IMG/VR virus record: IMGVR_UViG_3300020003_000009
Location: 1 to 34,116 of that record
Origin: a virus
Lineage: Duplodnaviria > Caudoviricetes
Direction: 5' to 3' (one strand)
DNA length: 34,116 nucleotides
The translations under genes were made by a program, and so were the position numbers. Shown piece after piece: positions 28,435-34,116 of the stretch; the stretch's first letter is position 1; the number at the start of each line of letters is the position of its first letter. The notes beneath the pieces are model-generated. The model had not been told where the DNA came from. It searched no databases and worked only from the letters and a program-made list of their open reading frames with translations.

Positions 28435-31004
28435 CTAGCAGCCTCCAACTTCTGTACTCTGTTGGTTAGCTCCTTAACAGCTTCAATGAGTACAGCAGTA
28501 ATGCGTCCGTAGTCTACAGACAGCATTCCCTCTGCATCCTCGCTCACCAATTCAGGCAATAGCTTCTGTACTTCCTGGGCTATAACTCCTAGATCTGGCT
28601 TATCATCCTTAATGAACCTCACACCACGCAGAGCGTTCACAATCCTTAGCCCGCTGGTTAGCCCCCGGATATTAGTCTTAACTCTCCTGTCTGACAGCGA
28701 ACTGATGTTACCACCAGCAACAAATGCACCACTATGGTACATTTCACCGCTTGGCGCCCAACGTATAGCCGACCATTGCGTTGAAACCGGATTGTCGGTG
28801 ATCTGCATATAAGCATAACCACCCTGTCCACGAATACGAACGCCACCAGTTGATCCAGAGTTAGGTGATAAGAAGTCACCAATGCCGTTAAGTGCTAAAC
28901 CAGTAGCATCAAGGATACCAAAGGTTGCGTCAGCGGCAAGGTTGTAGAAGGTGTAGTTATTCGACCGATACTGGAAGCCAGCGGATGTGATAATCATTCT
29001 GGCCCGCACCGCCATTGCGCCGCCAGCGGCAACATTATACTCATGAAATTGATAAAAGTTTGATGAGTAATAATTCATTACGAGATCAGACGCCGCGCCT
29101 GTCTGTGGGCCAAGCCAGAACGTGTTTCTGTCTACACTCAGACCAGCAGAACCGAGAGCCATATAGGTGACGTTTGCTGCGCTGCGGAAGTTGAAATTGT
29201 TGCTGCCAAAATAAGAGGTCTGATTGCCACACTGTAAATTAAGTCCCTCAGTAACCAGTCCGGTAGCACCTTTCAGTTGCAGGAACGAATAAATGTAACC
29301 GGGAGAAGGGCTAACGGTCAGCATCCCATTATCGCCACTCGCAGGCGGAGTAACATTCAGCACACCTGCAATAGTTCCACCCGTTAGCGGAAGGTAATTC
29401 GCCAGTTGGGAAACGGTGGCAACTGCGTTACCGCCTTGAGTGATTGTGCCAGTGACTGCGAGATTGCCTGCGTCGCTTAACGTGGCGCGGGGTGCTCCAG
29501 CGGAATAGAAAGTGAGAATACCACTGGTGTTGACCGAGAGGATGAAATTGTTCCCAAAGTCACGAGCGGTGAGGTTCATGCCCGCACTCGTGCCCTGTGT
29601 AGTGATTAGGCCAGTGACTGTAGTGTTTCCGTCTACAGTGACGGTAGAACCAGTAAGGACCAATGGTGCAACTGCACCAGCCGTTCGATTGTAGGAATTG
29701 ACATAGCTATTACCAGCAGCTTGATACAACTCCAGGCCAATACCAGACGCTCCAGTTGGTGCTCCAGCCCCTCCACATTGGATACGTGTAAAGATAGACC
29801 CAGAATGGAATTGACCAGCAGAAGTGTTGAGTTGTCCAGTAACAGTTCCACCTGCCAGCGGTAGATAGTTGCCAAGCTGTACAACAGTCGCTTTAGCATC
29901 AAGTGCAGCTTGCAATCCTGTTACATCAGTTATTACGTGCGTATGTACTGATGCAGCCTTGCTATCAAGTGCGGCTTGCAGTCCAGTCACGTTAGCTATT
30001 GCGTGAGTATGGTTGAGTGGTGCAGCACCAACAGTGTTGTAGCTAATGGTGCGAGCTACAGAGCCATCGAATGTTGCAGGACTGGCAGCAGCACCACCAT
30101 CACTGTTAATAGTGAGTGGGAAGGTTGTAACACCACCACCAGGAAAAGAAGGAGCAGCCCAAGCACCATCGGCACGAAGGAAGGCAGTAGTACCACCGGG
30201 ACGCGTTGGTGCTAACCCTGCTGCACTAGTTGATACAAGTGCAAGGCTGGCCTTCGCATCCAGTGAGGCTTGCAGATTAGTCACATCAGCAATGACATGA
30301 GTGTGAACCAATGGAGCCTTAGCATCTAGCGTCGTCTGCAAGTTGGTTACATCAGCGATCACATGGGTATGCACGAGTGGTGCTTTACCATTCAGTGTCG
30401 TCTGTAGATTAGTGACATCTGCAATCACGTGAGTGTGTACTAGCGGCGCTTTACCAGCTAGCGCAGTGTCCAATCCACTGATGTCAGCAGTAGCTAATGA
30501 CTGTATCTTGTCATACACTGCGTTCTTGGTTGGAACTTGTGTTGAGTTGTTCCAAGCAACACCATACACTTGATCGGTGACTGATATGTTGGCAACAGCA
30601 AAAGTTCCACCAACAGTCAGGTTGCCACTTACACTGACACTACCATTGAATGTCTGATCGCCAGTGAATACATTACCACCTGTGATGTTCGCCTTGCCAG
30701 ACATTGCTGTCATAAGATTATTCTCAAGATCAGTTAGATCTTGAGTGAAGGTATCCATGTCACTAGTGAAAGCTACTTCATCACCACCAGGAGTATAACC
30801 GTCACCAACACGCAACCGCTGCGAGGTCCGTGCATAAGCAAGCTCACCCTGTTCTAGAACAAAGGTGTCTAGTGGAACAGGATCATCTGCGATTGGGATA
30901 CGGTTGTCAGAAGGCCACACATTCAGCGCAACACCCTTACCGTTGCCGCTTTCATCTACAACATCAGTGACGCCATCATACGGCAGTCCAGGAATATCAA
31001 CCAT
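28431..31004 (-). CDS. Long tail fibre with C-terminal intramolecular chaperone (peptidase S74-like)
   Basis: HTH.I.DVT.LQ..L repeats, YLPL.GGT motifs, SDRRVKTNI...GVIAQEV...VDYGRITAVLIEAVKEL chaperone. Confidence 0.9.
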   Translation of the reverse strand: MVDIPGLPYDGVTDVVDESGNGKGVALNVWPSDNRIPIADDPVPLDTFVLEQGELAYARTSQRLRVGDGYTPGGDEVAFTSDMDTFTQDLTDLENNLMTAMSGKANITGGNVFTGDQTFNGSVSVSGNLTVGGTFAVANISVTDQVYGVAWNNSTQVPTKNAVYDKIQSLATADISGLDTALAGKAPLVHTHVIADVTNLQTTLNGKAPLVHTHVIADVTNLQTTLDAKAPLVHTHVIADVTNLQASLDAKASLALVSTSAAGLAPTRPGGTTAFLRADGAWAAPSFPGGGVTTFPLTINSDGGAAASPATFDGSVARTISYNTVGAAPLNHTHAIANVTGLQAALDSKAASVHTHVITDVTGLQAALDAKATVVQLGNYLPLAGGTVTGQLNTSAGQFHSGSIFTRIQCGGAGAPTGASGIGLELYQAAGNSYVNSYNRTAGAVAPLVLTGSTVTVDGNTTVTGLITTQGTSAGMNLTARDFGNNFILSVNTSGILTFYSAGAPRATLSDAGNLAVTGTITQGGNAVATVSQLANYLPLTGGTIAGVLNVTPPASGDNGMLTVSPSPGYIYSFLQLKGATGLVTEGLNLQCGNQTSYFGSNNFNFRSAANVTYMALGSAGLSVDRNTFWLGPQTGAASDLVMNYYSSNFYQFHEYNVAAGGAMAVRARMIITSAGFQYRSNNYTFYNLAADATFGILDATGLALNGIGDFLSPNSGSTGGVRIRGQGGYAYMQITDNPVSTQWSAIRWAPSGEMYHSGAFVAGGNISSLSDRRVKTNIRGLTSGLRIVNALRGVRFIKDDKPDLGVIAQEVQKLLPELVSEDAEGMLSVDYGRITAVLIEAVKELTNRVQKLEAAR
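30255..30452 (-). repeat. Three tandem 66-bp (22-aa) phage tail repeats; two more near 29896-30027
   Basis: KAPLVHTHVIADVTNLQ(TT/AS)L(N/D)(G/A) x3. Confidence 0.9.
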
Positions 31005-31605
31005 GAGCAACTTCCTCTGGAGTTACGTCGATCATTGGTACATCTTCGTTGGCTTTCTTCTCGATGTACACAATGTTGAGGGCATCCTCCATCTTGTGAC
31101 GGTGCTCTACCACATCAGCAGGACGATGGCCCGCACGATCCAACACATCCTTCGATGCAGTGAACGCAAGCACATCATTGTCTGACTGTGATAGGTTAAT
31201 GATCTTAGTAGCTGCGTGACTAGCATGGGTCTGGAACATTTCGCGCACGGTATCCGATTGCGTGTGTATCATGTTAGCCTTAGCAGTTTCCATGAACTCG
31301 ATGTAAGCATCAAGCGTACGAATGCGCTCAATCTGCTCTATAGTCAGAGAGCTGTCCAACGCGATGCTGATGTCTTGGTCATTCAACCCAAACAGAGTGT
31401 AGAACGCAACTAGGGCAACGCCACTGAGTTGCTTAGGGGGTAGTGGCAACTCAGTGACGCTCTTACGCGTACGGGCCACAATCCGCTGTGCTTCCCCTGG
31501 GCTAGGAATAAGCACAAGCGGTTGTTCTTTAATTGGCTTACCAGTTGACGGATCAATCTTCGTTCCATCAGCAAGTACCAGTGGTTCGTCAGCTTCGGGT
31601 AGCAC
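30997..31605 (-). CDS. Putative terminase small subunit
   Basis: HTH-like GLNDQDISIALD segment, helical core and ASKDVLDRAG motif common in TerS-like proteins. Confidence 0.55.
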   Translation of the reverse strand: MLPEADEPLVLADGTKIDPSTGKPIKEQPLVLIPSPGEAQRIVARTRKSVTELPLPPKQLSGVALVAFYTLFGLNDQDISIALDSSLTIEQIERIRTLDAYIEFMETAKANMIHTQSDTVREMFQTHASHAATKIINLSQSDNDVLAFTASKDVLDRAGHRPADVVEHRHKMEDALNIVYIEKKANEDVPMIDVTPEEVAHG

Positions 31606-31609
31606 AAAC

Positions 31610-32224
31610 TTACCTCTTCATTAGATTGTTCTTGCTCCAATCGACACCCTTACCACTCCATTTGTATGGACGGGGTTTGGGCTTGGGCTTAGGTGCATTA
31701 GGAGTGAGCAAACGCGGTGGACGACTAAACTTCTCCACTCCTTGCGCTTGCTTACTAGTTCCAGCAACATTCACCGGACTAGTAGGACGTACTCCCATCA
31801 CAGGAGCACTGCTACGCTTTCTAGCAGCGATTGGTGCAATGATAGCAGGAGGCGGTGCAATCGTAGGAACATTAGTGAGAGCAGACACATCTACAGGCAC
31901 TTGTTCCGGTACAAGCGGGCCAGTGTTCTGAACACGGTTAGGATCAGGGGGCTCTATTCCCATCGAAGTGTTAAGCGGTAAGCCCTGTGTCTGTATCGGT
32001 CCCTGCGACAACACACCGATCGGATCTTCTGGCGGTACTAAGTCGTTAAGCTTAGGACCGTTATCCAATACGTTGACTGGTGCAACAGAGGTATCTACCG
32101 CACCGGGAGCTATTGCTGGAGGCATCCCAGGAACAGGAGCAACAGGAGCAGCGACGGGAGCACGAGGAGCACCGATGTTGCCACTACCGATTAGCTTCTC
32201 TAACCACTCTAGGATGTTTGCCAT
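31610..32224 (-). CDS. Proline-rich hypothetical protein
   Basis: Amphipathic N-terminus ANILEWLEKLIG, P/V/A-rich body, basic KPKPKPRP tail. Confidence 0.7.
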   Translation of the reverse strand: MANILEWLEKLIGSGNIGAPRAPVAAPVAPVPGMPPAIAPGAVDTSVAPVNVLDNGPKLNDLVPPEDPIGVLSQGPIQTQGLPLNTSMGIEPPDPNRVQNTGPLVPEQVPVDVSALTNVPTIAPPPAIIAPIAARKRSSAPVMGVRPTSPVNVAGTSKQAQGVEKFSRPPRLLTPNAPKPKPKPRPYKWSGKGVDWSKNNLMKR

Positions 32225-33526
32225 CTACTTGCCCTTTGCCTTCTTGCGTTCAGATAAAGTCTTTGGCGTTGTCTTGCCTTTACGCGCAGTTTCAATCTTG
32301 CGTTTGGCAAGCACTTGAGCAACCGCAGGCTTTGGTGGACCTTTGCGCTTTGGCTTCGGTCCCGGCTTCTTCTTCGGTAACTCTGGACCTACATAAGCTT
32401 TCTTCGGTTCCTTAAGCCAAGGCTTTAGATCTTTCACTGCTTCCTTTAGTGGTCGCTTCGCATCACGAATAGCCTCTACGACTTCATTAAAGGATTTGCG
32501 TTCGCCTTCTTCACGCGGAACTCTGCGGTCTGGCGTGAATTGCTGAGGAGGCTTGCCAACAGCACCGGGACGCCTTCTGTTTATGCGTTCCGTCTTTGCA
32601 GCAGACCGCGCACGATCACGCGCAATCTGGCCTGAAACTCTAATCGCTTTCGCTAACTCACTGCCACCAAGATCAGCTGCTTCATCTAATGGAGCCGTAT
32701 AAGTGGGGAGTATAGGACGCGGTGTTACAGGCGGCGGCGGCGGTAATTGGCCTTCACCGGGAACACGAATGTTGCCTCTTGCACGTTCCGCAAGTGCTAA
32801 TGGTATCTCTGATGTTACATCAGTGCGCGTAAGTGTTGGCGGCGGTAATGTACCATCAGCATTAGGTATAACAGAACTAGCAGCAGCACCAGGAGTAGGC
32901 ACAACATCTGTTAGATCTAGTGGAGGTTCAGCACCAGCAGCAGGACGGTGAGGCCCATACACAGGAGGTGAAGGGGGATAGTTGTGTGGTTGCGTTGGAC
33001 CGTAAGTACCTCCCGGTCCCGGTTTTGGCGGGGGGCGTTGGGGTCCGTATGGTTGGTGTGGTCCGTAAGCACGACCGGGATGCTTAAGCGGAGGCTTACG
33101 CATTTCACCAGCAGCAGTGTCTACAGTTTTCTTACCACCTTTAGCTTTGCGCGCAAGTCCTTTGCGTCCCGCTAGTGCAGCAATAGCAAGGGGTAACATC
33201 CACCAAGGACTAATCCCTCCACCGTCACCTTCAGCAGTTTTCTTGGCAACGACTGGTTCTTCTGGAGCTAGTTCTGTTGGTGGAGGTGCAGCAGCAGGTG
33301 GAGGCGGTGCAGCAGCAGCAACCATTGCAGCACGGCGCTTATCACGCTCTGCCATTATAGCTTCAACAGCAGATTGCGGTTGGGGTTGTCCACCGACAAA
33401 CTCAGGTGGAGGCATCACAGAGGGAACACCCTGTGACATATTCAACCCCAGACGCCGCAACTCTTCTTCTATTGCTGATATTGGTACAGCAGGATCAATT
33501 GCGGCGCCTGAAGCTTGAATTGGCAT
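32225..33526 (-). CDS. Proline/lysine-rich hypothetical protein with one hydrophobic segment
   Basis: 433 aa; PWWMLPLAIAALAG segment, four YGPx(Q/R)P repeats, Lys-rich C-terminus; GGAGAGG RBS. Confidence 0.75.
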   Translation of the reverse strand: MPIQASGAAIDPAVPISAIEEELRRLGLNMSQGVPSVMPPPEFVGGQPQPQSAVEAIMAERDKRRAAMVAAAAPPPPAAAPPPTELAPEEPVVAKKTAEGDGGGISPWWMLPLAIAALAGRKGLARKAKGGKKTVDTAAGEMRKPPLKHPGRAYGPHQPYGPQRPPPKPGPGGTYGPTQPHNYPPSPPVYGPHRPAAGAEPPLDLTDVVPTPGAAASSVIPNADGTLPPPTLTRTDVTSEIPLALAERARGNIRVPGEGQLPPPPPVTPRPILPTYTAPLDEAADLGGSELAKAIRVSGQIARDRARSAAKTERINRRRPGAVGKPPQQFTPDRRVPREEGERKSFNEVVEAIRDAKRPLKEAVKDLKPWLKEPKKAYVGPELPKKKPGPKPKRKGPPKPAVAQVLAKRKIETARKGKTTPKTLSERKKAKGK

Positions 33527-33615
33527 TATAGGTTGATCCTCTCCAGAATGAGAAGAAGAAACAAGATCGAACCTAGCAAATAGAACGCTAGAGTGAACAA
33601 TCTATCAACAGTCAC
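33526..33615 (-). CDS. 29-aa single-transmembrane peptide absent from the ORF track
   Basis: GAGGAGGTGA RBS, GTG start, MTVDRLFTLAFYLLGSILFLLLILERINL*, TAATG overlap with the next gene. Confidence 0.8.
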   Translation of the reverse strand: MTVDRLFTLAFYLLGSILFLLLILERINL

Positions 33616-33633
33616 TGGATCACCTCCTCTCGG

Positions 33634-33972
33634 TTATGAACGCGTAAAGGCGGGACCACCATTCCCACTCAAATCCTTGGGAAATGCGAAAGAGGGTTTC
33701 TTCTTCGTGAACCTCTGCTTGAGTGCAGTAACATCAGCAGCAGTAGAGTTGCGGTTGATGAGGGTTTCACTCTCAACAGCACCAATCTCTTCGTTCACGT
33801 TAGTAGGATGCTTGCGGCGACTCTTTACAACACTTGTTGCGACACCTGGAGCAGCACCCGTTGCAGTGTCTACGAGTTTGTTGCGTACAAGGCGATGAGT
33901 GAGAGGAGTAGTGTTACGAGGGAGTATGCCACGTTCCGTACCACCTTCAAAACCGGGAGCATTCTCTGCCAT
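33634..33972 (-). CDS. Hypothetical protein, first gene of the late operon
   Basis: AGGAGA RBS; C-terminal KDLSGNGG motif. Confidence 0.75.
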   Translation of the reverse strand: MAENAPGFEGGTERGILPRNTTPLTHRLVRNKLVDTATGAAPGVATSVVKSRRKHPTNVNEEIGAVESETLINRNSTAADVTALKQRFTKKKPSFAFPKDLSGNGGPAFTRS

Positions 33973-34016
33973 TTGTGTCTCCTGTGTATGTAGTTGAGTT
34001 GAAATAGTGTAGTACT

Positions 34017-34045
34017 ATTATATACCACCATCCCCTCCCAACCAA
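34017..34045 (-). promoter_or_regulatory. Putative sigma70-type promoter for the late operon
   Basis: TTGGTT (34045-34040)-N17-TATAAT (34022-34017) on the - strand. Confidence 0.55.
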
Positions 34046-34062
34046 CCTCAGCTTATCTGTTG

Positions 34063-34090
34063 TTTTTACATATAGCAAGGGGGGTGTCAA
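34063..34090 (-). promoter_or_regulatory. Second putative sigma70-type promoter
   Basis: TTGACA (34090-34085)-N16-TAAAAA (34068-34063) on the - strand. Confidence 0.55.
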
Positions 34091-34116
34091 GCAAAATCGA
34101 CCATCAGCACAGAAAA

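Larger units (their letters stand above)
985..33839. repeat. Dispersed palindrome CAACA-N2-TGTTG; exact copies start at 985, 1531, 2442, 2963, 5843, 7660, 9021, 11760, 16812, 33828
   Basis: Read directly from the sequence; one-mismatch copies at 3123, 4340, 11138, 13006, 15295, 27698, 32902. Confidence 0.9.

Noticed and set aside
21469-30039. CAACA-N1-TGTTG at 21469 and 30029
   Set aside because: The spacer length differs from the 10 exact copies, so these were not counted as members of the array
17121-31004. Diversity-generating retroelement acting on the fibres
   Set aside because: No reverse transcriptase motifs and no template/variable repeat pair differing at adenines were seen
985-33839. 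Palindrome copies as CRISPR repeats or attachment sites
   Set aside because: They are only 12-14 bp, irregularly spaced over kilobases, with no cas or integrase gene in the window

Overview
Most of a podovirus-like tailed dsDNA phage genome, arranged as two convergent blocks. The + strand (1-9611) is a replication/recombination module: Sak4-like ATPase with an SSB, a ribbon-helix-helix (RHH) regulator, a RecD-like helicase, a frameshifted dNMP kinase, a family A DNA polymerase fused to a uracil-DNA-glycosylase-like domain, an HNH-AP2 endonuclease and a DUF3987-like AAA+ protein. The - strand (33972-9595) is the late operon: small and Pro-rich unknowns, TerS, a tail fibre with chaperone, TerL, portal, scaffold, major capsid protein, adaptor, nozzle, a second fibre and four ejection proteins, one with a lytic transglycosylase domain. 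I saw no integrase, RNA polymerase, primase or canonical endolysin in the window. Two non-coding signals stand out. (1) A palindrome, CAACA-N2-TGTTG, occurs in at least 10 exact copies in promoters and inside genes in different frames, resembling an operator/stoperator array. (2) A late-operon hairpin has a loop antisense to an extended RBS motif (AAGGACGAA) shared by several phage genes. All product calls come from motifs and synteny read by eye; no searches were run.
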